From an uncultured cyanobacterium (GTDB lineage Bacteria; Cyanobacteriota; Cyanobacteriia; CAKZMO01), in contig CAVRCJ010000006.1 in NCBI GenBank assembly GCA_963719515.1, forward strand, positions 256,001 through 320,000: DNA of 64,000 bases, in the 5' to 3' direction. A program made the translations under genes and the position numbers. Of this stretch, positions 19,464 through 29,300 are shown in pieces. The notes beneath the pieces are model-generated. The model was not told where the DNA came from. It saw nothing but the letters and a program-made list of their open reading frames with translations, and did not search any database. Numbering within the stretch: position 1 is the first letter of the stretch; every line of letters begins with the position of its first letter.

Positions 19464-20390
19464 TCACTGTACTGCGGCTTTCCGCTCCGATCGACGAATC
19501 AGCCACATCATGATGTAGTAATACGCCGTCAGCAGAATTCCCGAAAAGATCTGACCGCCCCAGAAGCCGTGCCAGAAGTTAAACCACCACTCCCCCCAAT
19601 AGACATTGGCAATGGTCACCAGCATCAGGCGAGGAATATTGAACAGCATCGATATCACTACCGCGATCGCAATCAGCAACGCCATCTGGCCCCGCTTTTG
19701 CTTATAAAGAATTCCCATAAAGAAACCTACCGCTGCCACCGTCAGCGCCATGTCTAATCCGTTACATCCCCAGCCCACCTCGACAGCGCCCTCAGGGAAA
19801 GTGATGTAAATGCCTTGCGCAGTGGCCGGAAAGCCAATCGCCCGCATCGCCGCCCCTCCCCACTGCGCCATGAGGCGCTCAAGAAACTGATAAGGCGTGA
19901 AAAAGTCCCAGATGAAGCGGGAGATAAACCCGATGCGGGGATACACGCTGAGAGTGGCTAGAAACGTAGCCAGCGGAAACCGCGCGAAGAACGCGATGCC
20001 CCAAGTGCTGCAGACCATACCGACTAAGACCAGCAGCCAAAGAAAAGACTGAGGCCAGATGGCGAATCGACAGAAGGGGAGAAGCACCGCCCCCGCTACG
20101 ATGAGCAGATGCCCCAAAAAACGGTCTTCCTCTGAGGCAGACAGCTTCTTCAGCTGCTTTTGCCGGCTCCACAAATCGTAAACTGCCAACAGCAGCATGC
20201 AGGAAATCAAGAACCAGCCGATTTTGCCTTTGAGCATTCTCGGCACTAGGTACCCCAACCACACAGGCAGGTAAACCAAACCGGCGGTGAGTCCCAGCAA
20301 CGTAAACCGGCCATCGTGGGTCTTTGCAAGCCTTGTAATCCAGGCGATCGCTGCTTGAAAAGATTGCTGTGGTTTTATTGAAAGGTTCAC
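19464..20390 (-). CDS. crtC: Cyanoexosortase C
   Basis: Polytopic; exosortase triad C (VEVGWGCNG), R (NIPR), H (FWHG); adjacent to PTPA-CTERM targets. Confidence 0.88.
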   Translation of the reverse strand: MNLSIKPQQSFQAAIAWITRLAKTHDGRFTLLGLTAGLVYLPVWLGYLVPRMLKGKIGWFLISCMLLLAVYDLWSRQKQLKKLSASEEDRFLGHLLIVAGAVLLPFCRFAIWPQSFLWLLVLVGMVCSTWGIAFFARFPLATFLATLSVYPRIGFISRFIWDFFTPYQFLERLMAQWGGAAMRAIGFPATAQGIYITFPEGAVEVGWGCNGLDMALTVAAVGFFMGILYKQKRGQMALLIAIAVVISMLFNIPRLMLVTIANVYWGEWWFNFWHGFWGGQIFSGILLTAYYYIMMWLIRRSERKAAVQ

Positions 20391-20584
20391 TGACCTAGCA
20401 CCTTACATCTTGAGGGAATAAAATATAGACCATTATCTGGGCAAATCAAAATCTTTGAGCTATGCTCGTTGGGGAAATACTGGCCCGGCGAGAGAAATAC
20501 TGAGGCTAGCTTAACTTAGGCTTTCCCGTCTAGGCAGATAAGTATGGCAGACTCATCAAAAATTCTTAAACTCATCTGTGCCGT

Positions 20585-21298
20585 ATGAAAGCGCTGACGT
20601 TTGCAGCAGCAGGAGTGCTCTGGCTCATGGGGACCAAGCGCTGGCGGAAGCGGCTGCTTCAGACGCTGATCGTCATGCTGATCGGAACGCTAGTCGTGAC
20701 GTCATCCGCGTTCGTAAATCTGTTGACCTGGGGCATAACAGCGGCAGTTCCAGCTGACTCAGGCGATCGCATCGATGCCATTGTAGTTTTGGGAAGAGGG
20801 CCAGCCCTCAGAGAAGAGCGGCTTGAGCTAGTCCAGCAAATCTGGCGAGACGAGCGATCGCCGGTTGTCTTTGCTAGCGGCATGAGCGACGCCCGCGAGA
20901 TATTAAAGCATTTAGAGAAGAGCGGTATATCTCCTTCGGCGCTAGTCGGAGAGAGATGTTCTCAGACAACGGAGGAGAATGGTTTATTTACGTCGGCAGT
21001 CCTGCGACCGCTAGGCGTTGACACCATCTTACTGGTGACCGATCCTCTACACATGTGGCGATCGCTTTTGATTTTCCGCAGCGTGGGATTCGACGTGGTG
21101 CCCCATCCAACGCGCCTGGTCTCTGGGGAGGTCAGCACTCAGCAAGAACTCTATAGATTGGGACGGGAATACACCGCCTTGGCCTACTACGCCTTGACGG
21201 GCAAGTTTTTCAGGCGATCGCCTGAAAAACTAGACAATCCCCCAGCAGAGGTCAGGCGTAAAATTCGCGATTGGAACTGCAAGGTCTACAAAATTTAG
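20585..21298 (+). CDS. YdcF/ElyC (DUF218) family protein
   Basis: DAIVVLGRG, E.CS.TT.EN, LVTD..HM.R and REY motifs. Confidence 0.85.
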   Translation: MKALTFAAAGVLWLMGTKRWRKRLLQTLIVMLIGTLVVTSSAFVNLLTWGITAAVPADSGDRIDAIVVLGRGPALREERLELVQQIWRDERSPVVFASGMSDAREILKHLEKSGISPSALVGERCSQTTEENGLFTSAVLRPLGVDTILLVTDPLHMWRSLLIFRSVGFDVVPHPTRLVSGEVSTQQELYRLGREYTALAYYALTGKFFRRSPEKLDNPPAEVRRKIRDWNCKVYKI

Positions 21299-21521
21299 GC
21301 TGACTTGGCGATCGCTCATCAAGGGAACTGTCTGCCAATAGTCAAGCCCAAAACCTAGGGGCCTCGCAAACCGATTGAAGGGGTGAGTAGAGTATTAGCA
21401 GTAGCAGCTCAGTGAGAGTGAACAAGTTAGGGTCGTAGGTAAAAACTGCCAGAAGCTTTGTAGAATCTGCATTCTCGCAGCTCTTTGACCCCAACTTCTA
21501 TCCTCTAGTGAGATATCTGAG

Positions 21522-22754
21522 CTACAGTGCCAGGCCAGAGTTGAGAGTTAAATTGAGATCGGTTGCAGGATCAATCGTGATCATCGTTACTCGATCTCCC
21601 CCCAGCAGCACTCCGCCCACTGTTCCGGCTGCCGTTCCGGCGAGGACTTCTAGAACATCAATTCGGCTATCGCCCGTCACTTCTGCGAGCACGGCGGCGG
21701 CTCCGGATCCAACCACAGCGCCCGCGATCGTATCTACAACGTCCACATTTTTGCGGATTGTCCTGGTTTCGGTAATGGTGCGAGATACCGCATCAATAGC
21801 AACCCGTTGACCGTTGGCAAGCACAAGTTCCTGGGCCACAAACTGTGAACCTCGCCCCGAGGGACGTAGCTCACCTACCACCTGACTGCCCACGGGCACG
21901 ACAACCTGTCCCTGGCTATTGGTCAAGGTTTGAGACACCGTCAGCACGAGAGGAAGCGTCTCACGGGGCAACAGCAAAATCTCATCCGCCTCATCGCTAT
22001 AGCTGACCGGGATAGTCGCCCCAGCAGGTAGGCTCACTGAACTGGAAGGCGTGCTGGGAGCCTGGGCTAGATCGACGATGTAGGGAGAACTCACTGCCGT
22101 CACCTCACCTTGGCTCGCCAGGGCTTGATAGATGAAGGCGGCTACATCCGCGCGGGTAGCGGCCTGATTAGGCTGTAGGCGCTGCACGCTAGGGTAGTTG
22201 ACAACAATGCGCTGCTCCGTCGCGGCGGCAATGCTGTTGATAGCGTAGTCTGGGATGGTAGCAGAATCAGCGTAAAGCCGCAGGGAGTCACTGCTGTTGG
22301 CGGTGTAGTTTAATCCGTTGGCCAAGGAGACAAGCACCTGGGCTTTGGGAATATTTTGGTCAGGACGAAACAGGTTACCGGGATATCCTGAGAGGAAGCC
22401 CATACGGTAGGCGTCATCAATGGCGGGGGTGGCCCAGTAGTCACGGGCGACGTCCCCAAAGGAGGCTGCGCCTCGAATGTCTGCCTCGTTAAAGGCTTTG
22501 CGCACCATGGCGGCATACTGAGCCCGGGTGACGGGGGCATTGGGCTGAAAGCTACCGTCGGGGAAGCCGGCGATAATATCCCTTGCGGCCAGATCCATGA
22601 TGAAACGCTCGGCCCAGTAGCCAGAGGGAACATCGGTGAAGCGAGTTTGAGCGACGGCGGGGGCGGGGCTGACCAAGGGGGCGACAGCGCCCGTCCCTAA
22701 GCCCAGCAGCAGTATTAGGGCAGTGCTCGTTTGAAAGCGTGAGAAGTTTGACAT
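21522..22754 (-). CDS. S-layer homology (SLH) domain protein
   Basis: Three SLH repeats (FTDVPSGYWA, GFPDGSFQPN..VTRA, GYPGNLFRP, ATRA); start after GGAG. Confidence 0.9.
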   Translation of the reverse strand: MSNFSRFQTSTALILLLGLGTGAVAPLVSPAPAVAQTRFTDVPSGYWAERFIMDLAARDIIAGFPDGSFQPNAPVTRAQYAAMVRKAFNEADIRGAASFGDVARDYWATPAIDDAYRMGFLSGYPGNLFRPDQNIPKAQVLVSLANGLNYTANSSDSLRLYADSATIPDYAINSIAAATEQRIVVNYPSVQRLQPNQAATRADVAAFIYQALASQGEVTAVSSPYIVDLAQAPSTPSSSVSLPAGATIPVSYSDEADEILLLPRETLPLVLTVSQTLTNSQGQVVVPVGSQVVGELRPSGRGSQFVAQELVLANGQRVAIDAVSRTITETRTIRKNVDVVDTIAGAVVGSGAAAVLAEVTGDSRIDVLEVLAGTAAGTVGGVLLGGDRVTMITIDPATDLNLTLNSGLAL

Positions 22755-23042
22755 GGACGAATAAGCTCCAGGAAATGGTGGATGCAGCTGCATCCGGTTG
22801 TAATAAGGAGGCGGGATTTGCTTAGGAATTAATTTCTAGAAGGCGGAGGTTGAGATTCCAGCGTTTCTTTGAGAAGGTATTCTTTTGCTGAATCTTGAGT
22901 ACAGGACAAAGCGGACTTTGTAGCTGCAGCCTGATGTCCATAATGAACGTTACGAGGCCAAAAAGTTCGGGCCCTATGCCGAAAATTGGACTGTCTGAGG
23001 GCGATCGCCCACCGTTGAACCAGAACCATCTTGAGAGCCATC

Positions 23043-23369
23043 ATGGCTGACTATCCAGTGACTCCCGACGGACGCTATTTTGTGGTGAGAGGAAGGCTTT
23101 GGCGCTGCACGAACCCCAATTTAGACGAAGAAACCCGCCAGCGCTACGTGAAGCAGCTTATGGAGGCTCGCCGCCAGGTGAAGCGAGCCAAGCAGTCCGA
23201 GGAAGCAGCCGCGCTTAAAGAGGCGCGAGGTCAGGTGCATCAGGCCAAGGTCGCTTTAGGAGAGCGCGGGCCGGTGTGGTGGAAGGATAGTGAGCCTGAC
23301 TTCAACCGATATTTAGCCAAGAATACGCCCTATGCTGATTGGTACGGGGCACTGTCTGAGCCGTCTTGA
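23043..23369 (+). CDS. Conserved hypothetical protein
   Basis: TPDGRYFVVRGRLWRC.NP...LGERGPVWW pattern of a widespread uncharacterised family. Confidence 0.75.
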   Translation: MADYPVTPDGRYFVVRGRLWRCTNPNLDEETRQRYVKQLMEARRQVKRAKQSEEAAALKEARGQVHQAKVALGERGPVWWKDSEPDFNRYLAKNTPYADWYGALSEPS

Positions 23370-23544
23370 TGCTTGACGTAATGCGCTGATTTAGCGCAAT
23401 AAGACCAAGGCAATAGTCGAAATTGCGCGCACCTGCTGAGAGATGCGCGCAACTTTAGAAATTGGGGCCGGCACTTCTGCGTCCCTTCTCATTAGAGTTA
23501 TCTTCTAATCGAGGAGCGCCGCCTTAACCCTGTGGCGATTCGGC

Positions 23545-23955
23545 CTAGTGCGTTTTGGTTCCTTCAACTGCACCACCAGCGGCTTTCCACGCCGAAATGC
23601 CGCCCTGGATGGCAGACACTTTTTGGTAGCCTGCCTGACGGAGTTGGCTAGCGGCTTCAGAGGACGCTTGGTCAGCGTCACCGTACACAAACAGATCGCG
23701 AGTGTCTTCTAGAGCATGCTTTTCGCGCACGCTAGCGACCAAGTCATTCATAGGTACGCCAATGGCTCCAAGAATGCGCTCGCCGTCGTAGTTCTCCTTA
23801 GAGCGGACATCCAGAATAGAAAGAGCAGGCTCTCCCCAGTCGAGACGCTCTTTGAGGTTGCTGGCGGCTACAGTCTGCGCCATATCTGGAGGCGTCGGCA
23901 GAGGCTCAGTGACGGTCTCTTTGGCAGAACGGACGTTTTCTTCAACAGTACCCAT
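23545..23955 (-). CDS. Rhodanese-like domain protein (no active-site Cys)
   Basis: ILDVR..Y...I.GA, GG..AW; AAGGAG RBS. Confidence 0.85.
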   Translation of the reverse strand: MGTVEENVRSAKETVTEPLPTPPDMAQTVAASNLKERLDWGEPALSILDVRSKENYDGERILGAIGVPMNDLVASVREKHALEDTRDLFVYGDADQASSEAASQLRQAGYQKVSAIQGGISAWKAAGGAVEGTKTH

Positions 23956-24082
23956 AAGGCTCCTTAAGTGTCATAAAACTTATCATTAATAAGATGGTAA
24001 GCAATGTAACACTACCTGGTGTCTTCCTATAGTGAGAGGTCTTCTTCAAGTCTCTCTAAAGAGCTAGCCCCAGGAAATTTGT

Positions 24083-25630
24083 CTAAGCGAACTTAGTCAA
24101 AAGACCAAGAAGAGCTTTTGAGCGAGGCGTCAGCAGCGTCCGTCTATAGGTATCTGCCGCCTTTTTAATCGCTTCAGCTTCTGTGGGATAGGGGTGGATG
24201 ACGCTCGACATTTTGCTCAGGCCAATCTTGTGAACGATCGCGGTAGTAATTTCGCTGATCATCTCCCCCGCGTGGGGAGCCACAATCGTCGCCCCTAAAA
24301 TTTCGTCAGACCCTCGCTTGTGCAAAATCTTCAGAAAGCCCTCGTCGTCGCCCTCCGCCAGCGCCCGGTCGACGTCGTCGAAGTTAATCTTGATGGTGTG
24401 AGTTTCCAGGCCCTGCTCCTGCGCGTCTTCTTCATAAAGCCCCACATGAGCAATTTCGGGGTCAGTGTAGGTTACCCAGGGCATCACCAAATCGCTGAGC
24501 TTGGAGCGGCTCAGACCAAAAGGAGAAAATAGCGCATTTTTGATCACAATGCGGGCGGCGGCGTCTGCCGCGTGGGTAAACTTCCAGTCCATGCAGACGT
24601 CACCCGCCGCGAAGATCTTCGGGTTACTGGTCACCAGCTTGTCGTCTACAATAACGCCTCTCCGGGGGTCGTACTCAACGCCCGCTTCCTCTAGGCCTAT
24701 GCCCTCTACGTTGGGGGCGCGGCCTGCCCCCATCAAGATTTCGTCCACGACAATGGTTCCAGGCTTGCCGTTGCTCTCGTAGGCAATTTGCTTACCTTGG
24801 GGCGTCGCGGTGACCCGCTTTAGCTTGGAGTCCAGCACCAGCTGGACGCCGTCCTGCAGCATAGAGCGCTGCACAATTTCAGCGGCATCAGGGTCTTCCT
24901 TGCCGAGCAGGTGGCCGTGGCGGTGGAAGAGCACCACCTCGGTACCCAACCGCTGAAAAGACTGAGCTAGCTCGCAGCCGATGGGGCCGCCACCAATTAC
25001 CCCAAGGCGCTTGGGCAGCTCCGTCAGGTTGAACACCGTCTCGTTAGTAAGGTAGCCCACCTCGTCAACGCCGTCGATGCTGGGGCGTACCGCCCGACCG
25101 CCCGTGGCGATTACCGCTTTCTTGAAGTGCAGCTTGGCGTCTCCCACCTGGAGGCAGTCGCGGCTGACAAAATGGCCGTGGCCTAAAAAGACGTCTACGC
25201 CCGTTTTTTGGGCCGACGCTGCCGAATCGATTGGGCTAATGTCCGCCCTGACCTTGCGCACTCGCTCCATCACGGCGGCAAAATCGACGGTGACGTTCTC
25301 GGGAGGCTGCACGCCGTAGGGGAGCGATCGCTTCATCTCAGCGACAGCTCGCCCGGACCGAATGATGGTCTTAGAGGGTACGCAGCCTACGTTAAGGCAG
25401 TCTCCGCCCATCAGGTGCTTTTCGACTAGGGCAACCTTGAGGCCAATGTCCAAACCCGCCGCGCCTTTGGCGACCACCAGGCCCGCCGTCCCGGACCCGA
25501 TGACAACCAGGTCATAGCGTTCCTGGGGCCGTGGGTTTTGCCAATCGCTGGGGTGAACGTTGTCAATCAGCGCCCGGTTGTACTTATCCATTGGCGGGAT
25601 AACGACAGGCTGAACTGTAGAGCGAGTCAT
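24083..25630 (-). CDS. Mercuric reductase-like pyridine nucleotide-disulfide oxidoreductase
   Basis: GSGTAG, GGDCLNVGCVPSK, GGGPIGCE, HPYPT; lacks the C-terminal Cys-Cys of true MerA. Confidence 0.88.
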   Translation of the reverse strand: MTRSTVQPVVIPPMDKYNRALIDNVHPSDWQNPRPQERYDLVVIGSGTAGLVVAKGAAGLDIGLKVALVEKHLMGGDCLNVGCVPSKTIIRSGRAVAEMKRSLPYGVQPPENVTVDFAAVMERVRKVRADISPIDSAASAQKTGVDVFLGHGHFVSRDCLQVGDAKLHFKKAVIATGGRAVRPSIDGVDEVGYLTNETVFNLTELPKRLGVIGGGPIGCELAQSFQRLGTEVVLFHRHGHLLGKEDPDAAEIVQRSMLQDGVQLVLDSKLKRVTATPQGKQIAYESNGKPGTIVVDEILMGAGRAPNVEGIGLEEAGVEYDPRRGVIVDDKLVTSNPKIFAAGDVCMDWKFTHAADAAARIVIKNALFSPFGLSRSKLSDLVMPWVTYTDPEIAHVGLYEEDAQEQGLETHTIKINFDDVDRALAEGDDEGFLKILHKRGSDEILGATIVAPHAGEMISEITTAIVHKIGLSKMSSVIHPYPTEAEAIKKAADTYRRTLLTPRSKALLGLLTKFA

Positions 25631-25747
25631 AGGGGTTACCTTCTGTGGTGGGGTGATAGTGCTATAGCGTTTGCGCCATCAAGAGATATTAGCGGTGCTA
25701 GGTTTATTAAAGCTAGGGACATAGCGCTGCCCTGTCCTCGCAAGATG

Positions 25748-26563
25748 CTAGCCATTGGGCTGGGCATCGGCTTCCAAATCTTCGTCGACGGTCTCGTCGA
25801 GGGCTTTGCGGGCTACGCGAGTTACGTAGAGGGTCACGGCGACGGTGGCAATAAAGCCCACAATTCGAATGGCCCACTGTACGGCGGCGTTATCGGGGGT
25901 GTCTCCTGCGCCAAGGGTAGCGAGGTTGCCCGCCAGCGACCCGAGGTAGACATACATGATGGTACCGGGCAGCATGCCGATGCAGCCCAGCACGTAGTCC
26001 CGCAGCGACACGCCGGTTACCCCGTAGGCGTAGTTGAGCAAATTGAAGGGAAAGATAGGGGATAACCGGGTCAGCAGCACAATTTTGAAGCCCTCTCGTC
26101 CCACGGCCTTGTCAATCGCGTTGAACTTCTCGTTGCCCTCAATTTTCTTTGCCACCCAGCCCCGAGCTAGGTAGCGTCCGACGAGAAAGGCCGCCGTTGC
26201 ACCGATGGTCGCGCCCACGAATACCAGCAGCGAGCCGAGCACGACGCCAAAGACGACCCCTGCCCCTAGGGTGAGAATGGAGCCCGGTAGAAAGGCCACC
26301 GCCGCCACTACATAGAGGACGACAAAGGCGATCGCCCCCAGCGGCCCTAATCCCTGAATCCATTCCAGGGCAGACTGCAGCCACTGCTGCGGAGCAAACC
26401 CTGCCGAGTCCTGGGCGATCGCGGGGGAGGTTGTGAGAAAAAAGGCGATCGTTGCCAGCAGCAAGCCTTGAACGAACCGGCGGAACCGGCGTCCTATAGC
26501 TGCTGACTTTTTGATTGTTCTAGCGGTAGATCTAGGCGGGGTCACGGTGTTCTCCTGCAACAA
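25748..26563 (-). CDS. TVP38/TMEM64 (DedA/SNARE-associated) family membrane protein
   Basis: LPGSILTLGAG, RLSPIFPFNLLNY and GMLPG motifs; start uncertain. Confidence 0.88.
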   Translation of the reverse strand: MLQENTVTPPRSTARTIKKSAAIGRRFRRFVQGLLLATIAFFLTTSPAIAQDSAGFAPQQWLQSALEWIQGLGPLGAIAFVVLYVVAAVAFLPGSILTLGAGVVFGVVLGSLLVFVGATIGATAAFLVGRYLARGWVAKKIEGNEKFNAIDKAVGREGFKIVLLTRLSPIFPFNLLNYAYGVTGVSLRDYVLGCIGMLPGTIMYVYLGSLAGNLATLGAGDTPDNAAVQWAIRIVGFIATVAVTLYVTRVARKALDETVDEDLEADAQPNG

Positions 26564-26901
26564 GGGCTAAATGTTCAACGCTGTCAATACCATAGGCATC
26601 AAGACTTAGACCCGTATGATGCGAATCTGAGGCTCATATTAAAGCTAGTTCTACGCAAAAAGGTTAAGCCAGACTGAGAGCCCGCAAAAATCTGTGGTAG
26701 ATGAAAATCACAGAAACGAGGGAACTACTCTAAACATCTAATGAAGACTGCTCAATGACCTAGTCGCGGGGGCAACTGAGACAGCTAGAATTTAGACCCC
26801 GAGGCAATCGAGCGTAGTCGCAGCGGCAGCTTACCGCCCCACAGCGGCAGCGATTTACTCTGCCCTAAAGGCTCAATCCCAAGAATCCGTTTATCCAGTG
26901 A

Positions 26902-28542
26902 GTGTCGAACTCCATGCGCAAGCACCTCAGGCAAAAGATCGCCTTGATTGAGAATTTAACCATTTCGGGCTTTGCCCTATTTGCCTTAGCCGGAGTTCTT
27001 CAGCACGAGATGTGGCGGGATGAGCTTCAGTCGTGGATGTTGGCGAGGGACAGTACTTCGATTGCCAACCTTTTTCAAAATATGGCATACGAAGGTCATC
27101 CAGCACTGTGGCATCTCTGTCTCTACGGGCTGAGTCAGATAACGTCCGATCCCCTGATCATGCAGCTCTTTAACCTGTTGATCTCGATTGGAACCATCTG
27201 TTTGATTGTCAAAGCCTCTCCTTTTCCACTCATTCAAAGAGTTTTGCTTTCCTTTGGATATTTCACATTTTTCGAATACACGTTTATTAGCAGAAACTAC
27301 AGTATTGGCGTCCTGCTATCGGTCTTGTTTTGCGTAATTTACGCTCACCTAGGGCGACGATACCTGGCGCTCTGCGTCGTAATTTTTTTGCTTGCCAACA
27401 CCAACGCCTACAGCCTGATTGTCAGTCTAGCGCTAGCCCTGTTTTTGGTTTTAGAGGCAAGAGCGCAGCCGAGCGATCGCTGGCGAATGCCATCACAGCT
27501 GGTGTCTGGCCTAATTATTGCCGGGTTTGGCTGGCTCCTGTCTGGGCTACAAATTACGCGCGCTGCCATTCCTCAGATTATGGAGGGTCTGGGGCTAACA
27601 GCTCTAGTTCGAGGGTCAGAGCAGATCGTCATCACGTCAGGAATGCTGAGCGCAGGGCCAGTCTTACCTGAGCAAGTCAACCGCTTTGTTTACGCTGTTG
27701 CCGAAATCTGGCGCAGCTATGTTCCTATCCCGGCAGTGTTTAGACCCTGGTTCTGGAACTCCAACATCTTGGATTTACTGAGCGAGCGGTTTCAGTTGGT
27801 AACGGTTTATGGCGTCCCTATCGGAATTTCTATCGCCTTCGTGCTCTCGCTGTTCTTAATTGCGGCGGTTGCCTATTTCTTTTCCCCCGATCGGACCGTG
27901 CTCTCGACGTACCTATTTGGAACGTCAGCCCTGATTTTGTTCAGGACTGTGGTCCATGACAGCGTGTTCGCCCGCCATCGAGGGCACTTCTTTATTCTAT
28001 TTGTTCTTTGCTTTTGGCTGCTGGAGGTCAGGGCGTCTCGCAGGTCTTCGGTATCAGAAAAGCCCGTAGTCTTTGGGCAAGGTCAGCTGCGGCTCCGATT
28101 TTTGTCGGTTATCCTTTGTCTGCAGGCGATCGCCGGCATCTACACCGCCAGCGTCGATTACCTCCGCCCCTTCTCCGCCGGAGAGGACACCGCCCGGTTT
28201 ATTCAGCAAAGTGGCCTGGCGGAGGTTCCCATTTTTGGGAGTCCCTACAGAGAAGCGTCTGTTATTTCTGGCTACCTAGATGTCCCTATTTACTACCCTG
28301 AAAAGCAGGCAACTGGAAGCTTTTGGACCTATCGTCTGCCAGACATTGAGAGCGAGACCAAACTGGTGCAGCGGGTGGAAGAGCGGCTAGACGAGGTTGA
28401 CGGCGCTCGGCTTTTGCTCGTGCTGACGGAGCCGTTGAGCGCAGCTCCATCCGCATCCCTAGAGGTTCAGGAGCTGGCACACTTCAAGGACTCCATTAAC
28501 CTAGAGGAAAATTTCTATCTCTACCTGGCTGAGCGCCGATGA
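26902..28542 (+). CDS. Polytopic membrane protein, GT-C glycosyltransferase-like
   Basis: HEMWRDE, YEGHPALW and ISRNY motifs; many TM segments. Confidence 0.65.
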   Translation: MSNSMRKHLRQKIALIENLTISGFALFALAGVLQHEMWRDELQSWMLARDSTSIANLFQNMAYEGHPALWHLCLYGLSQITSDPLIMQLFNLLISIGTICLIVKASPFPLIQRVLLSFGYFTFFEYTFISRNYSIGVLLSVLFCVIYAHLGRRYLALCVVIFLLANTNAYSLIVSLALALFLVLEARAQPSDRWRMPSQLVSGLIIAGFGWLLSGLQITRAAIPQIMEGLGLTALVRGSEQIVITSGMLSAGPVLPEQVNRFVYAVAEIWRSYVPIPAVFRPWFWNSNILDLLSERFQLVTVYGVPIGISIAFVLSLFLIAAVAYFFSPDRTVLSTYLFGTSALILFRTVVHDSVFARHRGHFFILFVLCFWLLEVRASRRSSVSEKPVVFGQGQLRLRFLSVILCLQAIAGIYTASVDYLRPFSAGEDTARFIQQSGLAEVPIFGSPYREASVISGYLDVPIYYPEKQATGSFWTYRLPDIESETKLVQRVEERLDEVDGARLLLVLTEPLSAAPSASLEVQELAHFKDSINLEENFYLYLAERR

Positions 28543-28573
28543 CGTCGAGGCGGATTGTAGCACTTTTTTATTT

Positions 28574-29158
28574 CTAAGCAAGAATTTGCTGCAGTGGGGA
28601 CGTCACCTGCATATAGTGCCGAAGGATATGCAGCGCCGTATCGTTGCGGATAGCGAGTCTGCAGACCTGACGCTGCCACAGCGTCAGGTCTAGCCTTTCA
28701 TGCATGCGGCTGAGCTGTTGCGTAGAGCAGGCCTTGAACTCATCTATGATCTCGGTAATGCCGTCTTGCTCAATCTCACCGCTGAGCAGCACAATACCGC
28801 AGACGCGGCTGGGGGTAACGGCAAAGTCGTCGAGAGAGAGACCGCAATACCGCTCCGGCAGGGCCAGCCAATGGTCTTGTATCGTTTGGCCGCTGGCGTT
28901 GAGCAGCATCTTACCGCTGAACAGGTTGCCAAACAGGCTCTCTTGCCGATAGGTATATAGGGCGATGAAGTGGGCGTTTAGGCTGGAGTAGTCGTATGTC
29001 CTGGAAGACTCTGGTCGCCTGTGGTGGGCACTAGGGGACGGGCTATCCCCGGCATCCTGATGGGCTGCGCCAGCAGAGAGGCTGCGCTGATGAGCGTTGC
29101 GTTCTAAACAATGAGCCATAGCTCGAAATCCTGAGACACCCGTTTGGAGAGTACCCAC
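28574..29158 (-). CDS. REP-associated tyrosine transposase (RAYT/Y1)-derived protein lacking the HUH motif
   Basis: YDYS..A.F...T...LFG....M.LN..G, FK and WQR...IRN motifs; PSRVCG stands where PNHxHG is expected. Confidence 0.7.
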   Translation of the reverse strand: MGTLQTGVSGFRAMAHCLERNAHQRSLSAGAAHQDAGDSPSPSAHHRRPESSRTYDYSSLNAHFIALYTYRQESLFGNLFSGKMLLNASGQTIQDHWLALPERYCGLSLDDFAVTPSRVCGIVLLSGEIEQDGITEIIDEFKACSTQQLSRMHERLDLTLWQRQVCRLAIRNDTALHILRHYMQVTSPLQQILA

Positions 29159-29300
29159 ATCCGAATAGCCTACCTGCCCCGTACAATCGCCAAATTTTGC
29201 CGTCTTGCCCGATCTCAGCCTGAGGGTTAGCGCAAGTATAGTTCAGGTATACTATGAAATGTGATATAAAAGCGCTTGAGCGGCTAGCGATAAGGATACC

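Noticed and set aside
24083..25630. merA mercury resistance gene
   Set aside because: Lacks the C-terminal Cys-Cys pair and the N-terminal HMA domain; no mer operon.
29240..29253. LexA box upstream of topA
   Set aside because: AGTTC-AGGT-ATACT has mismatches in both half-sites of the cyanobacterial consensus; kept only as an unexplained palindrome.
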